Part shown: in pieces, positions 25,540 to 39,245 of the stretch
Layout: every line of letters starts with the position of its first letter
How positions within the stretch are numbered: position 1 is the stretch's first letter
DNA from: Octopus vulgaris
Lineage: Eukaryota
Direction: 5' to 3'
DNA length: 64,000 nucleotides
NCBI GenBank assembly: GCA_951406725.2
Contig: OX597816.1
Span: 50,158,001-50,222,000 of the forward strand
Made by a program: the position numbers and the translations under genes
Notes under the pieces: model-generated
Databases searched by the model: none
What the model saw: only the letters and a program-made list of their open reading frames with translations
Told to the model about the DNA's origin: nothing

Positions 25540-26469
25540 TCATGAAAGTAATAGCATGAATTAAAAACCTTTTTTTCTATAATTGTGCGTAACATATCAG
25601 CAATCTTTTGCGTGATTGTCTAGATATCAAAAAATATAAGTTAAAACGTATAATAACACTGCGTAACAACACTTTTCCTTGGTCAGTAAGTGTTATTTCT
25701 AAATCGCTTCTATCTAGAAATCAAATAATATGACTACTGTTACTTTCCAGCCCTTCTTTTGTGACCTACCCCTTGATGTTTTGAAACTGACAAAATTTCC
25801 ATTACATTTCAGACAGAATCAGAGCTGAGTTACTGAAATAGAATTTTTTAGAACTTTTCAGAAGTTTCAAGAATTTCTACAAGGTACTGGCAACATACAT
25901 AGCAGTATAGAAACAGGCATCGTAAGCACAAACAGTTCAGTCTACTTCTAGCTGTCCACGTGAGGACAAGTTTGACGAAAGCAAAGTTTGAAAGAAAGTT
26001 TAGTCATTTTTCATACTTTCTAAGCGCAAGGAAACAGTAAATAATAGTTGTTACTGAAGGACAAAAAAACAACAAAAAAACATGTTACACAGTATAATGC
26101 AGACACTCAATCGAGATTACAAATTGTTTTTATAGGATAACAAGCGATATTCTCTGCTACACCATATTTTATAGAAAGATGCAATATGAAACAATATCGT
26201 ACGAGTATAGTCTACATATATGTCGATAATAAGGAGACTATTTGGACGCAGGGATGTCTATTTAACCTATAGATGCGACTCTGATAGGTACTGTCAACTA
26301 AGATTGGAACTGACTTGAGAGTAATAGTAATTAAGGGAGTATCATGTTCCACAGACCTCCAGAACACCCGAACTGGAATCTTAAAAGTCATTTTGTATAT
26401 TTGTATATGAATGTGAATGTTTGGGAATGTTTATGGTGATGAGTGGGTGAAATATTTATGTCTTGAGAG

Positions 26470-26540
<71 letters not shown>

Positions 26541-26583
26541 ACACACACACACACACATACATACAGACATATATATATATATT

Positions 26584-26633
<50 letters not shown>

Positions 26634-26634
26634 C

Positions 26635-26972
26635 CTACTTGCAAACAAATGTGGTAACATGTAACAATATTGACCGAGGCTACCGTGGTCTTTTCCGTAG
26701 GCGTTTCTTCCCACGGATAAACCTTATCTGCTTCCCCCTTTACACCCTACATCATGACACTGTGATACACGATCCCTATTGATCGTTTTTTTCTTCTTCT
26801 TTTTTCTTTTTCTTTTCTTTTGTTTCTCTTCCTTTCTTTCTCTTTTTTTCTTCTTTCTCTTTTACGATCCCTTTTGATCGGAAACCTACCCCACCTTTTT
26901 TTTCCAAAAAAAGAAAACCTTTACTTTGTAATCTGTTCCGATTGTGTGCAGCCCTTTGTGACTAATAAAGAA
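26635..26972 (+). mobile_element. Probable LINE 3' UTR fragment
   Basis: Unique segment between microsatellites, ending GCAGCCCTTTGTGACTAATAAAGAAA, which resembles the tail of the SINE at 25195-25221. Confidence 0.45.
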
Positions 26973-26983
26973 ACACACATACA

Positions 26984-27097
<114 letters not shown>

Positions 27098-28368
27098 CAT
27101 ACATACATACATACATACATACATACATACATACATTTGTGTCGTCGCAGGTCACGAAATTTTCAGTGAGCTCTCATTTTACATGTTCTGCTCTGAATCT
27201 GTCCGATAATTGTTCTCATTCGTGTGTGTATTTATGTTTGTATGTCTTTATGCAGTTGTTTATTTGCTCAGAAGAGGCTAGGGTAACAGTAAATGAAGAA
27301 TTTGTGAGATTGCGCGAGTCTGTGTGTATGTGTATCTGTGTGTGAGTGAATATGTGCGTGTGAATATGTATGTGCGTGTAGTAAACAAAAATTTGCCATG
27401 AGGACTGACCTCAACATGGAGAAGAAATAATATGAATGTATACAGCACACCATATTAATAACTTGAATGAATGAAGTTATTTCAGCATCGAGAATAGTAA
27501 ATACATTATGAGTGCCAATTGCAACCCAATAACTTACATGTGGCGTAGGCATGTGGGTTAGTAGATACGGTACTTTACAGAAGAATGTAAGATTTTGAGT
27601 TTGAGTCCTGGGCCACGCGACGCTTTGTGTTCTTGTGGAAAACACTTCATGTTACTCCAGTGCATTCAGATAGCAAAAATGTGTAATCCTCCGACGAGAT
27701 AGAGGATTCCTGCCACAAAATCCCCGACAGGGACCTTATGAGCCTATGCCCTGGAAATAATATTCGTTCCTTCTTCTTTGGATTAGAATTGGGAGTATAC
27801 CCACCTCATGAACAATTCTCCAGCATTAAAATGTCAGTAAGGAGATAGCATGTTACAAACCCTCTGGAGACATGTGACTATGCCACAGTAAGAAGTAATA
27901 GCAAAGCTTTGTCCTCGTTGACTCCGCCCAAATGTGACACGGAAGAACAGAAGAAAATCAGTCAATAGATTTCATGATGCGTATAATAATATTTTCTTAT
28001 TGTTCTCGTTAAAATGTAAATCCAAAAATATCTTTATTATTGTTGTTAGCCAGTTAGTTAAATATTTAACCAAGTAACTAACTCATCTTCTCTTTGTGCA
28101 TTTTTTCTGTTAATTATGCAAATTAAGCAAGTCAATGAGTACTGTCTCATTTATTTGCCTGCGAAATATATACAGAATGGCAATCGAGAAAACGATTGCT
28201 CCATAAGGAATTACAAGGCATGTGTATATTCATGCAGATATATGTGTGCGCATTTGTGCGTAGTGTCATATATCTATATATCTGCGTATATATACGCAAT
28301 ATACAGAGAGGGATAGAAGCATAAGCACGCATACACACACTAGAAGACACGGACTTATGGATTGTACC

Positions 28369-28419
<51 letters not shown>

Positions 28420-28423
<4 letters not shown>

Positions 28424-28477
28424 ATCCAAACAAGAAAGCACAAAAAAAAAACACAACAACGCGAGGACGTGGAACAA
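28420..28477 (-). mobile_element. Truncated PLE terminus (family of 25287/63177)
   Basis: GTTAATCCAAACAAGAAAGCACAAAA..CACAAC.ACGCGAGGACGTGG is near-identical to 63177-63228 and adjoins (TA)n. Confidence 0.8.
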
Positions 28478-28479
28478 CA

Positions 28480-28980
28480 AGTGTTTCACTGTAGAGGCTG
28501 CAGTCAACTACCAAAACGACAAAGTTTACGGCAGTACAACAGAATACATCCCAGAAGCTGACAGAAATCGACTAGATTCATGGTCTAGCCTGCTGTTGCT
28601 TCTGATGATTCGAAATCGTCTTTGGTGTCCGTTGAAGGTGTGATAAGTGTGCTTAACAGTAAATGTTGCAGTCAGATGCGTTGTTCTGCTATCAGTCACA
28701 TTCCGAATTCTTTGTGTCTTCTCTCAAGTCGGAGATCAATCACTCAACCAATTTAACGCGGAACTGGTCTGAGAGACGTTGCTTTTTGGCGAGTCCATTT
28801 TATTGCTATATAGGCCACACTGTAAGGCAAACTACCACAGATTGCATATTTATAAGTGTCAAAACTGAAAATTTCCCTTCGTGTGTCGTTTGAACGAAGC
28901 TGTATTTACAAGTCATGCACATTAATTGTGGAAAGATTCAGAGCTATAGTGAGAGTAAATGTTTGGTCTTTTGAATTACA
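28480..28980 (+). mobile_element. Decayed maT/Tc1-like transposase remnant (different subfamily)
   Basis: FTVEAAVNYQNDKVY, MV*PAVASDDSKSSLV and VFSQVG...NLTRNW resemble DEK.FTVE..N.QNDR, MVWAAV.SDG.KSPLV and QDGA..HT. Confidence 0.6.
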
Positions 28981-29167
28981 AAAGTAAAGCTTTGTAAAAA
29001 GATATTACAGCCAATCTGTAAACATTCATTCAGCACAAAACATCTATTTTATGATAAAATGAATACATGATAAATATATAGGCCCAATCCAGTACATATC
29101 TGTCTGACAGTCTCAGTCTCTCTCCCCGTAATCTATCGATCTAGCTATCTGTCCGTCGGCCTATATC

Positions 29168-29198
<31 letters not shown>

Positions 29199-29249
29199 TT
29201 GACTCTGTCTGGCTTTCTGTCAGTCAGCCTTTCGCTTTGTCCCTCAATC

Positions 29250-29334
<85 letters not shown>

Positions 29335-29776
29335 TGAGAGAGACGGAAAGAGATAGATAGAAAGATAGATGGATACGCGTGGGTGTCTGAGTCTATGTGT
29401 ACGCTTGCGTGTATGTGTGTGTGAGGGTAGGAATGCGAGATTCATTCTGTACATATATGAATATTTCGTTTCCTTTCTCGTGTAAGCATATAGAAAACAT
29501 CGATTTCTTTTTAACTTTATAATTTTTCATGTAGCTCTTTCGAACTTTGGTATCTGTAAACCATGCGGTAGGCTAAACACCCATCACTGGCACCTCGTTG
29601 CTCCTTGACACATTACTTTTCAATAGTATGAAGACTTGTAAAAATATAATTAACAAGATGTTTAGATATGTACACGCACATACAAAGACATCCACACAGC
29701 CACACACACATATACACATCGCACATGTATATATATATGTGTGTGTGTGGGTGTTTGTGTGTATGTATACATTTGG

Positions 29777-29822
<46 letters not shown>

Positions 29823-30330
29823 TCATATTTATAGTTAAATATGCGTCTCTGCATATATCCACATGTACATATACATGTATATATATATATATATATATGC
29901 ATATATATATTATGTGTATGTGTGTGTGACAGTATATATAGCATACTAATCATTTCATTGATTTTGTTACTGTAGCCATGCGTCATACATTTATTCTAGT
30001 TTTCTATTTACAATTTTTCAGACCTTTCTTTTCTTTGTGTTACTTTGACTGCCCACCCATAAATATCTTTCCTATAAAGGTCATGTTTTGCTTTTCAGAA
30101 ACCACTTACGCCAAAGAGATTTGTCTCAGAAGTAAAATCATTAATTAAGATATAATTCTGTATTTTATACGTTTACATCTGGTGTCTGTACACACAGCTT
30201 AATTACAGCAGCTGTACGTGGGTTGTATCTAATTTCTTTTGAAATCTGACGTAAGTTCTCGTAAACAGTGAAGTAGTTATACATATGTACGTGCGTATAC
30301 ATACACACACACACGCACACACACACACAC

Positions 30331-30392
<62 letters not shown>

Positions 30393-30479
30393 TTACTTAC
30401 ATGCATACGCACAGATAAATATATATATATATATACGTGTGTATGAAAAAGCCGCTCCATACTATAATGCTGCATTAAA

Positions 30480-31432
30480 AAGACCCAACTTTAAGAGTAA
30501 CATATACTACATTGAATCAAATATAAATAGACCAAGAAGACGCAGTTTAACCTACCTAATGACATGATGTAACTACTAACATAACCAGCTAATTCTTAAA
30601 ATTAATAGAAAAAACCTCTTTCCCCATCCACACAAAATCCACAAGACCTTCAACAGAAATTGTGTTAAACTTAGCTGTAGTTGCCTCCCTATTATAAGGT
30701 TAATAATTTTGAACCACAATAAATATAAACATACAAGAAACACTGAATGTCAATGCAACGTTAGATCCCCAAACCACTGCTCTCTACATAATATCTGTCT
30801 CGAGAAAGCACATGTATATAAGGCCAAAATCGCGGACATCAACGGAGTAACAAATACGTATTTCGATATCACGGGCAACTCGTTCGAGGAAATGTATACT
30901 CAACACCTGGCATCATTCAAAGACAAAAAAGAGCATACGACATTCCTGTCAAGTATGACATTGAATGAAGGGGCATAAGCAGCCCCAACATAAAATGGAA
31001 AATTATTGCAAAAGACTAAATATACAGGGGACGGGGTACCAAATGTGAACTCTGTGTTACTTAAAAACTAAACATTACGCAATCAACAGATAGCATCCTA
31101 GACTTTAGGGTGAAACCGCCTCTCTCTGCATATACAAGCAATACTTCACACTCAAATACTTAAATGAAAGAGAAATACAAGAGGTAATGACACCAAAGAG
31201 TAACGTCCCTTGATTCGTTGTTTAATCACGGAAGCTGGCAAGCATCGCCACGAACTACAAGTATTTCCCACAATGGAGGCGAATAGCTTTCTGCATTTGA
31301 TCGGCTTGAAAAATTGTTAAGGCTAGAGGATATTTTCCTGTCTTTCTTAACATGAAACGAATGGTAGCCTTAATTCGCAACAAAAGAAATTATATCCACC
31401 AAGCCGTGTTGAGCACTCATTTTCATCATTAC
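30480..31432 (+). mobile_element. Decayed PLE with Cys-rich linker, GIY-YIG domain and degenerate HHR
   Basis: HKIHKTFNRNCVKLSCSCLP and CQCNVRSPNHCSLHNICLEKAHVYKAKI...YFDITGNSFEEMYTQHLASF. HHR remnant ttaaggc-TAGAGGA...GAAAC..GTA-gccttaa at 31317-31373. Ends at (TA)n. Confidence 0.8.
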
Positions 31433-31584
<152 letters not shown>

Positions 31585-31749
31585 TTAGATAGATAGATAG
31601 ACAGATACGTATAAATATATATGCATAGATATATACACATATACGTATGTATTACGTTACATTTACATTCACTTTTTCTGGCACACTGCATTTAGTGTGA
31701 ATGGTATTAATTTTACTCTCACTTCCAACCGAATTCATAACTTTTGCTT

Positions 31750-32150
31750 TACTTTTTCGTTCCTACCACGAAATTTGTTCATCTGGGACCACAGCTGAAA
31801 ATTTCACCAGATACATCAACATTTGCATCTGATATATCTTCCTGTTTTCTAGCAGAATGTAAAGGATTGAGAGCGTTTGAAACCTACTTCACTACATTAC
31901 ATGATCCTTTCGATTCATTGACAGGACAGGTCATTTTTACTAAGCAGGCGTGTACAGATCGGTTGTTTACATAACTTTCAATCAAAAAGCTGTGACTGAG
32001 ACCTTCTAGAATCTTCCATATATATTTACGACTGCATATCTTTCCCGTCGTCTTTCTATTGCGTAGAGATTCGGGTATTTAGCCTTTCCTTGTAGCTCAT
32101 CTGTTGCACCAAGTCAATCTTTGTTTAGTGGCGAATGTTGACGACTGCGA
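31750..32150 (-). mobile_element. CR1-clade LINE 3' fragment
   Basis: The minus strand reads SYKERL..NLYAIERRRERYAVV.YIWKILEGL, matching 20755-20845. Confidence 0.75.
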
Positions 32151-32734
32151 AGCATAGTGTCTTACGACGTATCACGTACAGAAAGGACATGATTGTTTAC
32201 CAATTAAATGGCCGTATTGTTTTAGTAAAATAATTGAAAAATATCCATTATTTGTTAAAGATTAAATGAGGCATAAAGTATCTCCTCAGAGAAAAATAAA
32301 ATTTAGTGCAAATCAATGCAGCTCGAATTTGCTTTCGTTTGTTTAAAAGATATAAATATACATATAATTCAGTTTAATTTTTCTTTCAGTATATTTCCCC
32401 TATATTACCTCATGATTATCTTGATAGTCTTATGACTTATAACTATGAAGGTGCATGTTCGTGAAATTTTTATATCTATATCGGATTCTAGGGAGAAGAA
32501 CTGTAACCAATGCATATTAATTCAAAAGATTGATACATTTCAAGCTCGAAATGCAATGATACAGAGCTACTAGTCTGAATTACTGCTGATTTAAATTTTA
32601 TAAATATCAAAGAATTAAGTTGAAGTTATCCAAACTGTTCTAATAAACATACATCGATGCATACATCCATACGTGTGTATAGGCCCATATACAAAACATA
32701 CATATATAAATAATATGTGACAAGAAGTATGCAT

Positions 32735-32830
32735 TGCACCTTACTCTAGTGTCTTCTACTAAAGCCTCGGGCCGACCAAATCCTTGCTAGTGGAATTGTT
32801 AGAAGGAAACTAAAATACAGAGGTTCATCG
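32735..32830 (+). mobile_element. SINE fragment (family of 8576)
   Basis: GTGTCTTCTACTAAAGCCTCGGGCCGACCAAATCCTTG is near-identical to 8661-8698. Confidence 0.75.
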
Positions 32831-32978
32831 CATACATATGTATATGCAAATGTGTGCGTATCTTTCTGTCTGAGCTTGTACCCCATCATCACTCAACGAC
32901 CAATTACCTCTATCTATCTATCTTTCTATCTATCTATCTATCTATCTTCTATCTATCTCTTCTATCTATCTATTATCG

Positions 32979-33100
<122 letters not shown>

Positions 33101-33104
33101 CAAT

Positions 33105-33366
33105 AATAATAAGGGTAAAATTAATTAATCAGTAATTAATAATTTTACCAAGCAGTGTTCAGTATGTAAAAGGACCATTTACGGTAAATTTAAACATTAC
33201 TTTATATAATTAGGGTTCAGCAAAAAAAGTTTACTTTACCACCCACCGAACTTTTAGAAATAGCAGCCAAACAATTTAGCTATTTCCCCTACTATAAGAA
33301 GAGTCTCCCTGTTCGGTGTGTGGTAAATTAAATTTTTTTGGTTGAACCCTAATTATATATAGTGAT

Positions 33367-33371
<5 letters not shown>
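33105..33371. repeat. Inverted repeat element in (TA)n (probable PLE terminus)
   Basis: 61-bp arms at 33191-33251 and 33311-33371 (about 7 mismatches) with a 59-bp spacer. The left side extends ~90 bp further. (TA)n on both sides. Confidence 0.7.
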
Positions 33372-33415
<44 letters not shown>

Positions 33416-34761
33416 GGTGGATTACGAGAAAAGTAATGCTAAAACAGAAGAATGGCAAGATGTGATAGAAGGAAAGCAGAATGAGGGAGCGGGTGAGTGA
33501 CCAGATCACTGAATGAAAGTACAAATGCTGGGTCGAGAGAGGAGAAGTGTAAGATTGTTCGTATTGTGAAAGGATGTGCTGTTTGTGGGTATGTTGTTAA
33601 ACATATGTTTATTAATCAGGGATGACAGAGGCTATGGTGAACTAGAAAAAGAGAAAATGAATGAAGTAGGGAGTGCCGATGGACTACCGAATGAGGAGGT
33701 CTATTGAGCTAAGGAGGTAGATACAAGCAAATAAAATGTGAGGGTGGGTATTGAAATAACAGAGACGGTAAGTATTTAAATTGTAGCCAGGAAGTTTAGG
33801 GGAAAACTGGGAGAAAATAGTGGTGTAGAGGCAGAGAAAGAATACTGAATCAAGGTGAAAGAATAAATAGAGTGAGGGAAGGATAGACTAATAGCTATGA
33901 CAATGTGTAAGTATTGCTAAATATTGTTAATTTATTTGCAAGAAAATACATACTTATCGGCCGCTTTGGCATGGACATCATCCCAGCAGAGTGTATGGTG
34001 TTAGTATTATCTAACTGTTTTCTTCACTTTTCCACTTTTATGTATATATATTCTCGCTTTTTTGTACTAGCGTCCAGATTTGCAAATTGAGTAGAACGTG
34101 CTCAAAGACTAAGATTGCTGGAGATCCAAAATGTGTTATAAAAACATTTCCACAATTGTAGAAATTCTGATAAGTCTACAGGAAAAATGTCTTGGAGTTC
34201 GAGGGTCACTCTTTCAATTCTATCAAAATGTGCTTGATAAACCAACATTTACATGCAATTATGTATAACTTTATGTGAATACTTCCAGATTATCAAAAAG
34301 AACATATCTAAAGTCCTCTTTATAGTTTATAAAATTAATATGATGTCAACAGCGAAATTCTCGCTGGTATGAATAAAGTCACTAAAATGGATAGAGAAAT
34401 TCAAATCCGGGCTTCGCTGCAATTTCAGAATTCCTGTCATGGCTTCAGGAGATGGGCATTAGAGTCCGATAGGGACCATCTGATATCTGTTAGCAAAAAG
34501 GTTTTTCATTCGAATATTCACATCACTTTCTCTTAGCTATATGTTTGTGAATAATGCCAATATGTGTATATATATCAGTTAATGTCGATATGTGTACAAA
34601 TACATTCATCTATGTCTTCTTAGAGTGAGAAAGGCAAACACACACACTCATACGCAAACTTAGATACATAAAATATGTGTATCTTTTGTGCGTATGTATA
34701 ATTATGCATGTTGATATCCACACGTATAAATATATATATACACCTATATATATACATAGAT

Positions 34762-34800
<39 letters not shown>

Positions 34801-34805
34801 ATGTT

Positions 34806-34837
<32 letters not shown>

Positions 34838-35081
34838 GATAAATATATACATATACATTTATATATAGATAAATATATACATATACATGATGATAAACAG
34901 ATTATATAATTGTGAGCGTTATATATATATATGTATGTATATATGTGTGTGTGTGTGTATACCTTTAGGGAGAAACTTAGAAATTTGCATATATAAATTT
35001 ATATATATTTGTGTATATATATATGTATATTATATACATTTATAATACGTACACGAACACACATACACACGCACATAACAC

Positions 35082-35155
<74 letters not shown>

Positions 35156-35542
35156 ATATACATATATTCTTTCATACAACCCAAGCACACATAAAAGCAT
35201 TCATATTGATCTACCTATAGTTCTTGCATGGAACTTGAGATAAATAAATTTCTTGCCACAAATGTTTTTTTATTGCATTTCTTTCAACTGTTCTTGTTTT
35301 CTCCTTTATAGAAGGAAAGTAAAACAGACAAGTAGCAATTATTTCTGGTTACATACGTTAGGCTGTTTTTATCAAAGTTTATATATGCACAATACTCACG
35401 TATAACTTGAATACACGCCCAGGCACGCATAAAAACAAGTATACACATACACACAGAGAATAATGCTCATACATGAATACATGCATATATATAGGCAGAA
35501 TTAAACATTTATAAATATATTTGTGTATATGTATAATGAGTC

Positions 35543-35577
<35 letters not shown>

Positions 35578-36122
35578 CGCACACACACACAAACTTACAC
35601 ACACAAAGATATATACATATATACATAACTATAAATATATATACATATATATACATATATATATATACATATATATATGCATAAATATATATATATATGC
35701 GGCCAATATATGTGTACCTCTATCTTTACACAGCAATGACCCTTGTGCAAGATGTCTTCAAAGAAGAGCTAGCGTATGTTTCATTGCATTTTTTACCACA
35801 TTTTCAGTGGCACGCTACTAGAGGAGATATACTGCACTAAGACACATCTAGTAATTTATATTCTTTACTAGGTTGGAAAAACGTCAGAAGACTTTTATCT
35901 CGAAAATAGATATACTTTTTATTATTTTATGTTTGTGTTCATTTTTATTGTTGCTGAAGGTCTGCAACAATTCTTGAGTTCCTTACTCCTTCTCTCTCAT
36001 TCTCTATGTCTCTTCCCATATATGCGTACACACAGACACACACACATATAGATACATACTCAGGATAAAAAATAATGATAATGATAATTTTAATAATAAT
36101 AATTTAAAGAATACTACTACTA

Positions 36123-36202
<80 letters not shown>

Positions 36203-36218
36203 TATTATTATTATTATT

Positions 36219-36456
36219 CTATGTTTGACTTTTGCTTTATATTTGTACAAGTTGGCTCCACGTCTCACCCAGAGACCTCAAGAGACAACAGGTTGGAAGT
36301 TCATGTTGTTGTTATGCCTAGTGTGCCATATATTTGGGGGTTTGTTGTTGTACTAATGAATGTCTAAAAAAAAAATTTTTTTTAACCGAAAATTATGTTT
36401 GTTTTAAACCTTGAGATTGCATAGAAAGTATTTTGCGTAGGATATGAGCAGTTCCC

Positions 36457-36458
<2 letters not shown>
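36219..36458 (-). mobile_element. 3' end of an R4/Dong-like LINE
   Basis: The minus strand reads KGTAHILRKILSM, then a UTR. (TTA)n on both plus-strand sides, i.e. (TAA)n in element sense. Confidence 0.8.
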
Positions 36459-36501
<43 letters not shown>

Positions 36502-36523
36502 ATTATTATTATTATTATTATTA

Positions 36524-36576
<53 letters not shown>

Positions 36577-36864
36577 CATATTTTTAGATGTTTCTTACAA
36601 GGTTCTGTAATCTTATACAGCCAAATAACATTTTTTAGTTGAGCTACAAATACTTTTAATATGGACAAAGCTAATTCATATGTATTCGAGAGTAATGATA
36701 AGTACTTTATGCAATAAAGTTAGTAAAAATCTTTTTCGCTTAAAAGTGTAAATATATTCCAAGAATTCAGAAAATTAGATGAGATATATCTGGAATATAA
36801 ACTTTAGGTATTTAAGTGGTGATAACTGTGGCTCGCCGTTTATTCAGTTGCATTTATATACACG

Positions 36865-36950
<86 letters not shown>

Positions 36951-36953
<3 letters not shown>

Positions 36954-37180
36954 CAACAATATTAAGGAATGGCCCTGATAGGCCATTCGATCCACTAGAA
37001 AGAGCAGCCAAACTCAAACCACCAAATAGTTGTAATTCTGAAACCAAAGGAGAAATAAAAACATTTACCCTTATCCTCTTTGGACTATGCATAGTTTCGA
37101 TACTTTGGTAAACCAATTTAATTAAATTAAATTAAATTTGTTCACATCTGGCCTGTCTCGTCAGCAAAGAAGCCCCCCCC
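36951..37180 (-). mobile_element. Short non-coding HHR-bearing element in (TA)n (PLE terminus-like)
   Basis: 230 bp of unique sequence between two (TA)n arrays, containing a complete HHR. Confidence 0.75.
37075..37172 (-). ncRNA. Type I hammerhead ribozyme with canonical core and long stem II
   Basis: Stem I cttctttg/caaagagg (8 bp); CTGACGA; 59-nt stem II region closed by G-C; GAAA; palindromic stem III ACTATGCATAGT; predicted cleavage GUC| between 37083 and 37082. Confidence 0.85.
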
Positions 37181-37183
37181 CAA

Positions 37184-37258
<75 letters not shown>

Positions 37259-37631
37259 GTATCTTATATAACTTTAATAGTAAAATATGTTATTTTGGGA
37301 TATAATGAGAAGTGTGCAAGAGTGTTAGTGTGAAGGAAATAAGGAAGAGTGCTTGAAGCCAGAGAAGAGGAGAACAGAGTTGTGTGAGTGACAAATTCAA
37401 TCAGTTTACAAAGCAATGTCGTGGCAGACAGACGATAACTGATGAAAACAGCGTTTCTGTGTATTTTTCGGGTATATGTATGTATGCATGTCTCACGCTC
37501 CTAACTTTAAGGATTTAGATTAAAGCTTTACGTTAAAAACATGTATACACACACACTTATGATACTACGCACACGAATTGATTAAACTAAACTTTTTTCA
37601 TCAGAGTCATTAGTTTTCTTTGTCGACACAG

Positions 37632-37708
37632 CGAATCAAAGACATAAAGGAGAACACGTTCATCAATTCTTGAGTTCTAATAATGGCAAGCATGTTTAGC
37701 TTGCGCAG
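37632..37708 (+). other. Candidate small exon with a start codon (MASMFSLR...)
   Basis: Acceptor TTTTCTTTGTCGACACAG, ATG at 37683 in ataATGG context, donor CAG|GTAAGA. No homology support. Confidence 0.25.
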
Positions 37709-38679
37709 GTAAGAAATTCCTTAAATAACTGTTAATGCTATATGCAGTGTTGCTTGGTTCTATTCCAATATCCTGAAAAGGGAAGTTCTTTGGAATCGCA
37801 TTTGGTGTCCGGTATTCGTGTGGACGTAATTTTACATAGAAATCACTTTTGCATACATGACCAACAGCAAATAATTGCCAGAAACCTGCCATATTGAGTT
37901 AAGTAACTCACTTCACGTCAGTGGTCTATGTCGGCATTTCTATTTGTATTGGTAATCGTCACATTTTTTCAATGTAAATGCTGTGACATTAGTCTATAGC
38001 TAGGTGTGTAATAGAGGAAGTGGGTTTTTATCTTTCCCTCGTTCAGATATTCCTTACTACGCAATTTGTACCATAGGCGTCCTTCCTTCATTATTTGATG
38101 ACATTTTTCTCCAGTAAGGAATAATGCCAAATGTCCTACGAAGAACGAAGGAGAGCCACTGTGAATTTTGAAATGTGCATTTGCGTTATGTTTCTGGACA
38201 CATGAACCTGAATGACAAAATCGGTTAGAACAGAACATGTTTCAAATTTTTAACATTTTGCCGACCTGTGGTCATCTATTGATCTTAATGCACCATGTTC
38301 AAAGTTAATCTACTGAACGTTATTATCTTCTAACACTAGAAGCTAAACAGTCATATTTATTTGGGAGATTGGACATTATGCTAAATGCGAATGAAGGCTG
38401 CCGACAAAGTATCTTATTACTCCATTATATTGAAGATTTAAGAAATCAGATTAACATTATTACAATCTAATTAGAGTTCAATCTAACGAAAGCTTTACAG
38501 ACCTTAAAGTTTGCAGTATATATGTGGGCGACGAAATCTTTCTCATTAAAGCAACAGGAACTGGACCTAAATGAAATGTTCGTACAGATGACTGCAATAA
38601 GATGTGACACACTTTAGCATCAAAAAGCAATATCCCTATTAAGAGAGAAAGGATTTAATGCATGAATCAAGAAAAACTA

Positions 38680-39245
38680 TTGTGTTGTCCGGAAAGTTCG
38701 CACCGATTTTTAAAGGAAAGAAAGAAGCCAATAAATACTTGCCATTACATTTATGATCAACCAAATATGAACCATTTTGTTGCACAATGCGTCTCCATCT
38801 TTCCTTTAACTTGAAAATACCCTCTTCCCAGAACTGAGGTGGTTTCATGGCAAACAATTCATCAAGGTATCTTTTTACGTCATCCAAGGAATTGAAATTT
38901 TTACCATTAAGACTATTCTGCAGAGACCTGAGTAGGTGGAAATCCGAAGGTGCAATATCTTGTGAATATGGAGGGTGAGGTAATGCATCCCAGCCGAGCT
39001 GCAACAATTTTTGTCTGATTCCCAAAGGATCAAGTGCTGAAAATGAACTTTCGTATCTTCTATTTTAAAGGGTTACAGAATTAACACATATTATAGGAAC
39101 ATAAAACTCCACCCACGAAAAGATAGCTTAAACTGTGCTCTAAATTGAAGTGTAGTGAAATCCTATTTTATAGACTCAACCTTGTTCTAAAATAAGTCGA
39201 AATGTAAGCTACTATAAATCGGCACGAACTTTCCGGACAATCCAA
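38680..39245 (-). mobile_element. Internally deleted mariner element
   Basis: 30-bp TIRs TTG(TG/GA)TTGTCCGGAAAGTTCG(CA/TG)CCGATTT with TA on both sides. ORF LGWDALPHPPYSQDIAPSDFHLLRSLQNSL...WRRIVQQNGSY. Confidence 0.95.

Noticed and set aside
28598-28625. CTGATGA-TTC-GAAA-TCG-TC hammerhead-like string
   Set aside because: No stem II or III pairing. It lies inside transposase coding remnant (SDDSKS), so it is coincidental.
33415-34010. Purine-rich block; minus strand has KAADKYVFSCK, faintly like a PLE RT N-terminus
   Set aside because: A single weak motif, with no further RT motifs recoverable by eye.
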